A stretch of DNA of 35,845 nucleotides from positions 1 through 35,845 of the forward strand of contig JANLHY010000767.1 in NCBI GenBank assembly GCA_024653795.1. The letters run 5' to 3'. Position numbers and translations under genes: made by a program. This document shows, one piece after another, positions 1 to 7,951 of this stretch. The stretch is from Candidatus Brocadiaceae bacterium. Its GTDB lineage: Bacteria; Planctomycetota; Brocadiia; Brocadiales; Brocadiaceae. The stretch's first letter is position 1; every line of letters begins with the position of its first letter. Under the pieces are notes generated by a model, which ran no database searches, had not been told where the DNA came from, and was given only the letters and a program-made list of their open reading frames with translations.

Positions 1-101
1 TAGTTAAATATTTGACAAAACATAAGATTTATGCAATGGCGATGACAGATGAGACGATGGATATAGTGAATTTTGAGTTGCTTAAAAAAGCAAAGAGATG
101 A
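1..101 (+). CDS. 3' end of an unidentified gene entering from upstream (partial)
   Basis: Reading frame 3 is open from the window edge to TGA at 99-101 (..VKYLTKHKIYAMAMTDETMDIVNFELLKKAKR*). Too short to assign a family. Confidence 0.2.
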   Translation, partial: VKYLTKHKIYAMAMTDETMDIVNFELLKKAKR

Positions 102-113
102 TGCGGTGTTTAA

Positions 114-149
114 ACTGGTGAGACTGGTGAGACTGGTGAGACTGGTGAG
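114..149 (+). repeat. Perfect 9-bp tandem repeat ACTGGTGAG x4, directly abutting the ATG at 150
   Basis: Counted directly: units at 114-122, 123-131, 132-140 and 141-149. Each unit carries a GGTGA Shine-Dalgarno-like core. An in-frame TAA at 111-113 precedes the array. Confidence 0.95.
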
Positions 150-308
150 ATGAAAGTATTATTTTTGACAGGGAATTTTGCAGAAGACCTTGCTGCATGG
201 CTGGATTCACATGGTGAAAAGGTTGTGTATAGACAGGATAAAATTTCAATTGAAGAGACAAAAGGGATAAACCCTGATTTTATAGTCAGTTACAATATAA
301 ATATATAG
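150..308 (+). pseudogene. N-terminal remnant (52 codons) of a formyltransferase-like gene of the kind found in nonulosonic-acid (pseudaminic-type) clusters
   Basis: Translation is MKVLFLTGNFAEDLAAWLDSHGEKVVYRQDKISIEETKGINPDFIVSYNINI*. The MK(I/V)LFLG..., ...NPDFI(I/V)SY pattern is typical of the first Rossmann strands of Fmt-like formyltransferase domains. It stops at TAG 306-308, long before a full-length domain, and I saw no continuation in other frames. Confidence 0.45.
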
Positions 309-484
309 CAATAAATAGGGACAGAAACTATTTTAATTGAGGATATTTGGAAAGAGTTAAATTCCCTGATTAATTAAATGGAATGATAATTGAGTAATGA
401 AGGTTTTGACCAAGCAATGTGCATTTATTCAAAATTTTTGTGCCTTTATTTCTCAGTTCTCAGTTGTACTATGTCAAATGTCAA

Positions 485-602
485 CAGGCTGTCCGAGAAT
501 GCGATTGGCCCAAACAAAGCATACCATATATTGTTTATCTGTAAGCAATTTGTCAATATATAGTATAGTGCCAGCCGTCCAAATACATTTTCGGACAGCC
601 TG
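485..602. repeat. 16-bp inverted repeat (15/16 match) enclosing 86 bp in the long leader upstream of the TA pair
   Basis: CAGGCTGTCCGAGAAT (485-500) versus the reverse complement of ATTTTCGGACAGCCTG (587-602). TGTCAA motifs recur around both arms. Confidence 0.7.
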
Positions 603-695
603 TCAAGACCTGACACCAGCTTCTCCTGTTAGGCAAGAAGGCATGTTGTGATATAAAAAGAGGAACACCAATGAGTTGGGAGTTTGTAGCATAAA

Positions 696-1139
696 ATGAG
701 CAGAGACGACTTAATCAAAAAACTAAAAGATTTCTTTAACAAAAATGCCGGTTTTTATGATATTGATATGGCGTTTCTTTATGGTTCATGGGCGAAGGGA
801 TTTCCAAAAGAGACATCTGATGTTGATATCGCCATCTTTTCTTATCCAGAGAAGGATTCTGAAGATGAAGAATTTAATATGATTACAGATATTTCTCTTC
901 AACTCTCAGAGATGATAAGAAAAGAAATAAATATTATTTCGATCCACACAGATTTCAGAAAACCCATGCTTTATTACAATGTAATCGTCTTAGGTCAACC
1001 AATTTATATTAAAAATACTGAGAGATATATTTCATTAAAGAATGAGGTAATTTATCAGATGGAGGACTTTAGCATCTTCGGGATTAATTGGCAGCTTATT
1101 GTTGCAAACAAGAATATGAGGAGGTTAAGAAATGCCTGA
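696..1139 (+). CDS. mntA: MntA-type nucleotidyltransferase antitoxin (type VII TA system)
   Basis: Minimal nucleotidyltransferase motif GSWAKGFPKETSDVDIAIF (G-S-x10-D-x-D). 147 aa. Overlaps the downstream HEPN gene by 8 nt. Confidence 0.85.
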   Translation: MSRDDLIKKLKDFFNKNAGFYDIDMAFLYGSWAKGFPKETSDVDIAIFSYPEKDSEDEEFNMITDISLQLSEMIRKEINIISIHTDFRKPMLYYNVIVLGQPIYIKNTERYISLKNEVIYQMEDFSIFGINWQLIVANKNMRRLRNA

Positions 1140-1578
1140 GTTCTATTATGCAAAGGGACGAATTAGTGAATCATTGGGATATATCTCAAAAGAGATGGAA
1201 GAGTTTGAATCTGATTATTCAAAAAAGACTTGGAGCGATTATCAGTCTGATAAGAAGCTTCAAAAACTCATGGATAGAACTGTTGAGAATATCCTAACTG
1301 CCTTGATAGAAATTTGCGGAACTGTTCTCACGCAGGAAGGAATAAGCTGTGAGAGTTATGGCGATGTCCTAAAACGAACCGGTGAACTGTTTAGTTTTTC
1401 AGATGATGAGCAAGGAACGCTGGCTAAATTAGCTATACAAAGAAATAGGCTTGCTCACAGGTATCTGAATTTTCGCTGGCAGGTAATGAAATTTTACAGC
1501 GATAACAAGACGCTGGTTCAAAGATTAGTATCTTTAATACTTGAAATGGAAGTTAAAAAACAAGAAGGGAATTCATAA
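1132..1578 (+). CDS. hepT: HepT-type HEPN-domain (DUF86) RNase toxin
   Basis: HEPN R-x4-H motif in AIQRNRLAHRY. AGGAGG RBS at 1119-1124. Size and pairing with an MNT gene are typical of MntA/HepT modules. Confidence 0.85.
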   Translation: MPEFYYAKGRISESLGYISKEMEEFESDYSKKTWSDYQSDKKLQKLMDRTVENILTALIEICGTVLTQEGISCESYGDVLKRTGELFSFSDDEQGTLAKLAIQRNRLAHRYLNFRWQVMKFYSDNKTLVQRLVSLILEMEVKKQEGNS

Positions 1579-1605
1579 TAACGCTCCCTTTTGCGAGTTT
1601 GTAAG

Positions 1606-1680
1606 ATGAAATCAGTATTTTTAGAAAGCAAAAATATATCCCTTCGTCCCTTGTCTAAGGAAGACGGCTTCTGGAATTAG
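1606..1680 (+). pseudogene. Duplicated 5' fragment (24 codons plus TAG) of the GNAT gene at 1923
   Basis: About 87% nucleotide identity by eye to 1923-1997, including an identical 27-nt run CGTCCCTTGTCTAAGGAAGACGGCTTC. Encodes MKSVFLESKNISLRPLSKEDGFWN* versus MRSVFLESRNIFLRPLSKEDGFGN... Confidence 0.8.
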
Positions 1681-1695
1681 GACAAGGAGGAAAAA

Positions 1696-1908
1696 ATGAG
1701 ATGTTTATTGTGTAATGGTGAAATGGAAAAGACATCTGTTGCTTATACAATCCACAGAAAGGGATACCATCTTTTTATTGAGAAAATTCCAGCCTATGTT
1801 TGTTCTCAATGTGGTGAAAAGTATTTTGAAGAAATGGAAATGAATGCAATTCAAGAGATGATTAAGGCTTTTGAAGAAAAATTGGAAAAAGTTTTAATGG
1901 TGGCATAA
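1696..1908 (+). CDS. YgiT-type zinc-finger protein (MqsA-like antitoxin N-terminal domain), orphan
   Basis: 70 aa with CxxC (CLLC) ... IPAYVCSQCGEKYF, the YgiT finger pattern. Strong AAGGAGG RBS. No partner toxin ORF seen. Confidence 0.7.
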   Translation: MRCLLCNGEMEKTSVAYTIHRKGYHLFIEKIPAYVCSQCGEKYFEEMEMNAIQEMIKAFEEKLEKVLMVA

Positions 1909-1922
1909 TAAGGGGCTTTAAA

Positions 1923-2465
1923 ATGCGATCGGTATTTTTAGAAAGCAGGAATATTTTTCTTCGTCCCTTGTCTAAGGAAGACGGCTTCGGGAATTATGCA
2001 AGCTGGTTAAACGATCAGGAGACAATGCTTTTTATGGGAAGCGGACGGTTTCCTTCAACCATAGAGGGATTGAAGGAACATATTGATTTCTATAATAAGA
2101 GTAAGGACGGTATGCTGTTAGGCATATTTTTAAAAAAATCTTCAAAACATATCGGCAATATAACACTGCATCAAATTAGCTGGAAGGATAGACACGCAGA
2201 GATCGGCATATTGATAGGTGATATTAAATCAAGGGGCAAAGGTTATGCGACAGAAGCTATAAGTTTAATTTCAGACCATGCATTTAATAAACTTAATCTT
2301 CGCAAGCTTTATACAGGCATGGTTAAAGGAAACGAGGCATCAAAGAGGGCTTTTGAAAAAATCGGTTTTAAAGTTGAAGGAATTTTAAGGGAACATTTTT
2401 ATCTCAACGGAGAGTACCTTGATTGCTACAGGATGGGACTTCTCAAAAACGAATCTAATCTGTAA
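1923..2465 (+). CDS. GNAT family N-acetyltransferase (RimJ/RimL-like; possibly a sugar N-acetyltransferase)
   Basis: 180 aa. LRPL...WLND N-terminus, HAEIGILIGD...RGKGYATEA (motif A), and NEASKRAFEKIGFKVEG typical of RimL-type GNATs. Confidence 0.85.
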   Translation: MRSVFLESRNIFLRPLSKEDGFGNYASWLNDQETMLFMGSGRFPSTIEGLKEHIDFYNKSKDGMLLGIFLKKSSKHIGNITLHQISWKDRHAEIGILIGDIKSRGKGYATEAISLISDHAFNKLNLRKLYTGMVKGNEASKRAFEKIGFKVEGILREHFYLNGEYLDCYRMGLLKNESNL

Positions 2466-2507
2466 TTAAGCTGCGGTTTTTTAGGAAGTCATTCTTATCA
2501 AATCAAT

Positions 2508-4403
2508 ATGAAAATAATTTTTGAATCTCCTAGTAATTGGCATAAGATATTTATAGTGCCTTATATTATGAGGGGTCTCTCGGTTTGGATCGTTGAACCT
2601 TTCAGGATGTATCATTATAAAAAGGGCATTACATTTTACCCTCCTCACTTGCCTCCATATATTGAAGAGCTGATACAGGGCAAAAAAATCTCAGTTTTGC
2701 TTGGTGAAATGATCCATGCCAAGGAGATATATCAGCTTGCTGCCGATAAAGCCGTTGAAGTGATTGAATCTGTTTACGCTGGATATCGTAATGAACATGA
2801 AGAACTGTTCGCATATGTTGCCGAAATATTAAAATCTCCCGTTGCTGAGAATGTTTTCCGAAAAAGTTTGTGCGACAGGCTGGCAGATTTTTATTCGCTT
2901 AATATTCTGCTGCATCGCATAGAAAGTCTTTTCCCTGATACTAAAATTATTTTCTTTACTGATGCAGATATTCGCTCATATCGTTATCTTAAGAAACTGC
3001 TTTCAAAAAATAACTGTGAGTTTTTTGAACATACAAACATCCGATTTTCACGGCTTTCTTATATCTCAAATGCATTGAGAAAACTGATGCAAAATCTGAA
3101 ACTTGTGTCAATGGTGTTTGCTCAGGCACTAATAAGCAGTATTTCCGGCAGGCTGTGGATATATGCAAATAAAAATAAAAAGACATTTGCTTACGGAGTA
3201 ACGATTATTGGACAACGACAATTATATGGAAACCAGCGCGGTGCTGAATTCATTATTGACAACAAAAAGATTTCAAAGCATGAAGTTGCATTTTTTACAT
3301 CAATGTCTTTATCATCTGAACAAAAAATGAAATTGATGCAGTTATCTGCTGATGTTTTTACTCTACCTCAGCCCAAAAGATTTTTTTCTAATCCATGTGA
3401 ATGGAGAAGACTTTTTTTGCTCGCCTTGAAACGTAATTTTTTAAATAATGCAGAGGAGTTGTATGCTGCTGCTGTTACTTTTTTTAATTATTTCAGATGG
3501 AAGAGGATTCTTGAGACGGTTGAAATCAAACATTTTATAACCCATGGTGATTGTGGAATAGACCAGATCGGAAGGAACCTTGCTCTTAATCAGGGAGGCG
3601 TTCAGACATGGTATTTCACTGACTCCATGAATCACTGCTGCAACTTGAAAACAGCAGCGGGTGCTTGTGGTATGCGTCATCCATTCTGGACATATCTCTA
3701 TTATGACCACTTTGTTACATGGGATGAACTCCTGGTGCAGTATTTTAAGGAACATCCCGGTTCTTTCAAACAAGCACATGTGGTTGGATGCCTCTGGAGT
3801 GGGCACGTAAAGAAAAGATACAACAGGAGTGAAAGCGACAGATTTACATTAGCATTTTTTGACTCTTCATATTCAAGAAATGGTATCACCTCTTATGCCG
3901 AAGGAGTGGCTTTTGCGGAACATATCCTGAAGGTGGCTGATGATTTTATAGATATACAGATTTTTTTAAAAGAAAAAAAACAAAGGGATATCCATAATTT
4001 ATCGGACCCCATTCTTGGTCCAGTGTTGTTAGATTTGTATAAGAGGATGGATATGCATCCAAGAATTAAACTCTATTCTGATGGAGCAGATTCGTCAGAT
4101 TTGATTTCGATTTCTGACATGATTGTTTCTTTCCCTTTTACATCTACTACCTTTGAGGCATTGAGTGTCAACAGACCGGCCATATGGCATGATCCAATGG
4201 GCTATTATAGGGATACCATGTATGGAAAGATTGATGGTGCAACCACGCACGGTTACGAAGATCTTAGGAAAATGGTCCTTAAGATAAAAGGAATGAAACT
4301 GGGCGAATATGAAAATCCCATACCGATTTATTCATCCCTGTTGGATCCTTTCAGAGACGGAAAAGCTGTTGATAGGTTCAGAGACCTTCTTGTATCCACT
4401 TGA
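2508..4403 (+). CDS. Polysaccharide biosynthesis PFTS-motif protein (function unknown, putative transferase)
   Basis: 631-aa uninterrupted ORF. C-terminal MIVSFPFTSTTFEAL contains the eponymous PFTS motif. Function call is from memory of the family name only. Confidence 0.55.
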   Translation: MKIIFESPSNWHKIFIVPYIMRGLSVWIVEPFRMYHYKKGITFYPPHLPPYIEELIQGKKISVLLGEMIHAKEIYQLAADKAVEVIESVYAGYRNEHEELFAYVAEILKSPVAENVFRKSLCDRLADFYSLNILLHRIESLFPDTKIIFFTDADIRSYRYLKKLLSKNNCEFFEHTNIRFSRLSYISNALRKLMQNLKLVSMVFAQALISSISGRLWIYANKNKKTFAYGVTIIGQRQLYGNQRGAEFIIDNKKISKHEVAFFTSMSLSSEQKMKLMQLSADVFTLPQPKRFFSNPCEWRRLFLLALKRNFLNNAEELYAAAVTFFNYFRWKRILETVEIKHFITHGDCGIDQIGRNLALNQGGVQTWYFTDSMNHCCNLKTAAGACGMRHPFWTYLYYDHFVTWDELLVQYFKEHPGSFKQAHVVGCLWSGHVKKRYNRSESDRFTLAFFDSSYSRNGITSYAEGVAFAEHILKVADDFIDIQIFLKEKKQRDIHNLSDPILGPVLLDLYKRMDMHPRIKLYSDGADSSDLISISDMIVSFPFTSTTFEALSVNRPAIWHDPMGYYRDTMYGKIDGATTHGYEDLRKMVLKIKGMKLGEYENPIPIYSSLLDPFRDGKAVDRFRDLLVST

Positions 4404-5875
4404 TGGCGAGTAAAGAAAAGCAAATTAAAAATAGCCTTATCTATCTTTTGCCGGTATTTATAGGAAATCTCATTCCTCTGGCGACGCTGTCTATTTTCAC
4501 CAGAATTCTGACAAAAGAGGATTACGGTGTTCTTGGGCTTGCACAGGTGTATGCTATTTTTGCGAGCGGTCTTGCTAATTTCGGTTTGACGGTGGGATAC
4601 GAGAGGAATTTTTTTCAATATGTAGAACTAAAAAAGTCTTCTGATCTATTATATTCTACATTAGCCTTTGTTATCAGCGGTTTTTTAGTTGTTGTTGTCT
4701 TAACATATCTGTTTAAATCACATCTTGCAAAATGGATTATCGGCTCGTCGGTTCATTCTGATATTTTGTTCTGGGCGCTCTGCTCTACAGGGATTATGGG
4801 CCTGAAGAATTATTACCTTATTTATTTTAAAAATACAGAAAATGCAAAGTCATTTGCATGGTACACAATAGACGAGAGCATACTTGGCGTTGTCATGTCC
4901 CTTTTTTTGGTGGTCTATCTTCGTACAGGAATAATTGGCCTTGTCTGTGGACAGTTATTTGCAAGTCTCACAATTTTTTTAATTCTTGGATTTAATTTTT
5001 TGAAGATTTATCCGGTAAGATTTAACTGGGGAATCCTGAAGGAATCTCTCAAACTTTCCTATCCACTCACGCCAAAGATTTTTCTCGGCGTAATTGGAAA
5101 TCAATTTGACAAATACATGATTGGTCTGCTGACAACGGTTGGCGGGGTGGGAATTTACAGCATAGGGCAAAAAGTGGCAGGTGTTGTCTTTACATTTATG
5201 GGTGCAATTCAGAATGTTTATTCTCCGCAGGTCTATAAAAGAATGTTTAACCTCGGGCAAAAAGGCGGTGAATCTGTGGGCAGGTATATGACCCCCTTTG
5301 CTTATATATCTATGGCTGTTGCATTGATTATCTCTCTTTTTTCTGAGGAGGTCATCAGTTTATTAACCCCAAAATCTTATCACGGTGCCATTGATATCGT
5401 GATTGTCTTGTCCATGTTTTATGGTTCCTGGTTTTTCGGCAAGCAGCCTCAGCTCATTTATGCAAAAAAGACACATATCAGTTCTCTGCTTTCAGTCGTA
5501 ATTATTGTTTTGAATGTGCTGATAAATATTCCCTTCATCATGAAATGGGGGGCAATCGGTGCTGCTTGGGGAACATTCTTGGCTGGATTGATTTCAGGTG
5601 GTATTGCATTTTGGGTTTCTCAGCATTATTACGAAATAAAGTGGGAATACAAAAAAATCGGAGCCATTTACCTTATATTCTTCTGCTCTTCCATTCTTAT
5701 GTTGCTTTTGAGAAATGCTCACGTAGGTTATGAAATAAGAGTCATAGCAAAATGTATTTGCCTTGCTTCTTATCTATATCTCGGTGTTAAGTTGGGAATA
5801 ATTAGTATGGAGAACTATTTTGTCATTAAACAAATGTTACCAATTCAAAGAATCATTTTTTTTCAGCGTAAATGA
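4403..5875 (+). CDS. wzx: Wzx-like oligosaccharide flippase (MOP superfamily)
   Basis: About 490 aa, hydrophobic throughout with many predicted TM segments. N-terminus LIPLATLSIFTRILTKEDYGVLGLA is typical of polysaccharide-biosynthesis flippases. The ATG at 4403 overlaps the upstream TGA (TGATG); the ORF track starts 3 nt earlier at a TTG. Confidence 0.8.
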   Translation: MASKEKQIKNSLIYLLPVFIGNLIPLATLSIFTRILTKEDYGVLGLAQVYAIFASGLANFGLTVGYERNFFQYVELKKSSDLLYSTLAFVISGFLVVVVLTYLFKSHLAKWIIGSSVHSDILFWALCSTGIMGLKNYYLIYFKNTENAKSFAWYTIDESILGVVMSLFLVVYLRTGIIGLVCGQLFASLTIFLILGFNFLKIYPVRFNWGILKESLKLSYPLTPKIFLGVIGNQFDKYMIGLLTTVGGVGIYSIGQKVAGVVFTFMGAIQNVYSPQVYKRMFNLGQKGGESVGRYMTPFAYISMAVALIISLFSEEVISLLTPKSYHGAIDIVIVLSMFYGSWFFGKQPQLIYAKKTHISSLLSVVIIVLNVLINIPFIMKWGAIGAAWGTFLAGLISGGIAFWVSQHYYEIKWEYKKIGAIYLIFFCSSILMLLLRNAHVGYEIRVIAKCICLASYLYLGVKLGIISMENYFVIKQMLPIQRIIFFQRK

Positions 5876-5887
5876 AGGATAGAGGAA

Positions 5888-6124
5888 ATGACTATAAGCG
5901 AATTTTTACAGTTAATGGATAACACACTCGTAGTGAATGAAAAACTTACACTGAATACAAAAAGAACCGATATTGAGGAGTGGGATTCAGTAGGGCAAAT
6001 TAGCATTTTATCGATGTTGAAAAATTTTTTTGGTGTTACACTGGAAATGGAGGAGCTAGTTACTTTGGAAACTATCCAGGATATTGTTAACATTTTAAGG
6101 TCAAGAAATATAAATCTGGATTAA
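5888..6124 (+). CDS. Acyl carrier protein
   Basis: 78 aa. Phosphopantetheine-attachment-like EEWDSVGQISIL (DS motif at helix 2). GAGGAA RBS. Confidence 0.75.
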   Translation: MTISEFLQLMDNTLVVNEKLTLNTKRTDIEEWDSVGQISILSMLKNFFGVTLEMEELVTLETIQDIVNILRSRNINLD

Positions 6125-6135
6125 TTGTATTTAAA

Positions 6136-7185
6136 ATGGCAACTTTAAGTCTTAATTGTGAAATATCAGATATTGCTTATTATTTGCCTTCAATGGTAAT
6201 AGATAATGCAGAGTTGGCTTCTCGATACAATGGATGGGATGAAAATAAAATATTTGAAAAAACTGGTATACGGAAAAGACACGTCGTTAATAGCAATGAG
6301 CATGTTTCAGATCTTGCAGTCAATGCAGCATTAAATTTATTTAAAAAAGGGTATATAAACCCTGTAGAAATAGAGACGCTAGTCTTATGTACACAAACTC
6401 CAGATTACGCTCTTCCGGGATCGTCTTATATAGTACATGAAAGGCTTGGTTTACCAAAAAGATGTATTACTTTTGACTTTAATCAGGGGTGTACGGGCTT
6501 TATTTATGGGCTTTTTATTGTAGGCAATATGATACATTCGGGCTGTTTGAAAAATGCCTTGCTAATTACTTCTGAGACATATTCAAGATGGTATCATCCT
6601 TTGGATAAAAGTGTTACTACCATATTTGGAGATGGCGCAGCGGCTATTTATATTCGTTCTGCAAAAGATACACCAGGAATAGGTCCTTTTATATTTGGAA
6701 CAGACGGCAAAGGTTTTAAGAACTTGACAGTACCATATAGTGGTTCACATAAATCGTCACATAAAAATGATGAATTAAAAGAGTTTATAGATGAAAGTGG
6801 AAATGTTAGGACACTAGCTAATTTATTTATGAATGGTCCAGAATTATTTCGTTTTGCTATTAGTACGGTTCCTTCTATGGTAGAAAATCTTTTGAGTATT
6901 TCTAAAGAGAGTATTGAGAAAATCGATAAATTTGTTTTTCACCAGGCGAATTCTTACATGTTAAAAAACATACAAAAAATATTGGATATACCAGACCATA
7001 AAATGATTTATGAAATCGAAAATATAGGAAATACTGTCTCCGCTTCTATTCCAATAGCTTTGAAGAGTGCTTATGATAAAGGCAATATATCAGTTGGAGA
7101 TAAACTATTATTAGCAGGATTTGGCGTGGGGTATTCATGGGCAGGAACTATTTTAACATGGAATCCAGCGGTATTAAGAGCATGA
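6136..7185 (+). CDS. 3-oxoacyl-ACP synthase III (FabH-like KAS III)
   Basis: Catalytic triad contexts NQGCTGFIYGL (Cys), FHQANSYML (His) and IGNTVSASIP (Asn). 349 aa. Confidence 0.85.
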   Translation: MATLSLNCEISDIAYYLPSMVIDNAELASRYNGWDENKIFEKTGIRKRHVVNSNEHVSDLAVNAALNLFKKGYINPVEIETLVLCTQTPDYALPGSSYIVHERLGLPKRCITFDFNQGCTGFIYGLFIVGNMIHSGCLKNALLITSETYSRWYHPLDKSVTTIFGDGAAAIYIRSAKDTPGIGPFIFGTDGKGFKNLTVPYSGSHKSSHKNDELKEFIDESGNVRTLANLFMNGPELFRFAISTVPSMVENLLSISKESIEKIDKFVFHQANSYMLKNIQKILDIPDHKMIYEIENIGNTVSASIPIALKSAYDKGNISVGDKLLLAGFGVGYSWAGTILTWNPAVLRA

Positions 7186-7931
7186 GATTTAAACATAAGA
7201 GAATAATTGTTACGGGAGCGAGTTCAGGCATTGGAAGAGCAATTTCAAAAAGACTGTCTGTTGAAGGCGCCGAGCTTTTAGTTATTGGAAGAAATGCTGA
7301 TCAGCTTAAAAATCTTTGTGAAGAAATTTCAACTGCCGGCGGATATGCAAAATTTTTAGTGTGTGATCTTTCAAAAGAAGAAAATAGAAAAACTCTTTGC
7401 GAATCGATATCTGAAATTTGGCATGATAAAATAGACATATTAATAAATGCTGCTGGCATTTATAGTATGGAAGCGATTCGTAATAACACCCCTGATTTAT
7501 GGTATCAGCTTATGGAAATTAATGTCATAGCGCCTGCAGATTTGCTAAGTAAATTAGTTCTTAAACTAGCTAAAGGGGCAGTTGTAGTTAATATCTCATC
7601 TGTAGCTGGAATTGTGGCCACCCCGGGAAGTTCGGTATATGCCTCAACCAAGGCTGCTATACTATCTTTTACGCGTTCTGCTGCAGCAGAATTAGCTAAA
7701 AGAGGAATCCGAGTTAATGCAATTTTACCGGGTATGGTTAAAACGCCTATGATGGAAACAATGTTTAGATTTTTTACAAAAGAGCAGCAAATAGAATTAG
7801 AGAAAAGACACCTGCTGGGATTTGGTACAGTTGAAGATATAGCTTCTGCAGTTTCATTTATTGCTTCGCATGAAGCTAAATGGATAACAGGATGCGCATT
7901 TGTTGTTGATGGCGGACTTTCGCTGTCATAA
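7182..7931 (+). CDS. SDR family oxidoreductase (FabG-like 3-oxoacyl reductase)
   Basis: TGASSGIGRAI cofactor motif, NISS, and YASTKAA (YxxxK). I chose the ATG at 7182 (ATGA overlap with the KAS III stop) over the track start at 7137, which would overlap 49 nt out of frame. Confidence 0.85.
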   Translation: MRFKHKRIIVTGASSGIGRAISKRLSVEGAELLVIGRNADQLKNLCEEISTAGGYAKFLVCDLSKEENRKTLCESISEIWHDKIDILINAAGIYSMEAIRNNTPDLWYQLMEINVIAPADLLSKLVLKLAKGAVVVNISSVAGIVATPGSSVYASTKAAILSFTRSAAAELAKRGIRVNAILPGMVKTPMMETMFRFFTKEQQIELEKRHLLGFGTVEDIASAVSFIASHEAKWITGCAFVVDGGLSLS

Positions 7932-7951
7932 TTGACAAGAGGATTGCACGA

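Noticed and set aside
114-149. Considered whether the 9-bp repeat array could be a CRISPR or a coding collagen-like repeat
   Set aside because: The units are contiguous with no spacers and far too short for CRISPR. An in-frame TAA precedes them, so they are not translated from upstream.
397-651. 84-aa ORF from the six-frame track in the leader region
   Set aside because: It has no RBS and a Cys-rich, low-complexity composition with no family resemblance. It spans the inverted repeat at 485-602. More likely non-coding.
1088-1297. 69-aa ORF overlapping the mntA/hepT junction
   Set aside because: It is out of frame with two ORFs that carry clear MNT and HEPN motifs. It is a by-product of AT-rich sequence.
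2117-2123. Additional GTTAGGC heptamers inside coding regions (2117 in the GNAT gene, 20145 in FkbM and its duplicate at 23316)
   Set aside because: No partner GCCTAAC and no repeat-family context. The FkbM pair is explained by the gene duplication. I treat these as chance or coding occurrences rather than attC sites.
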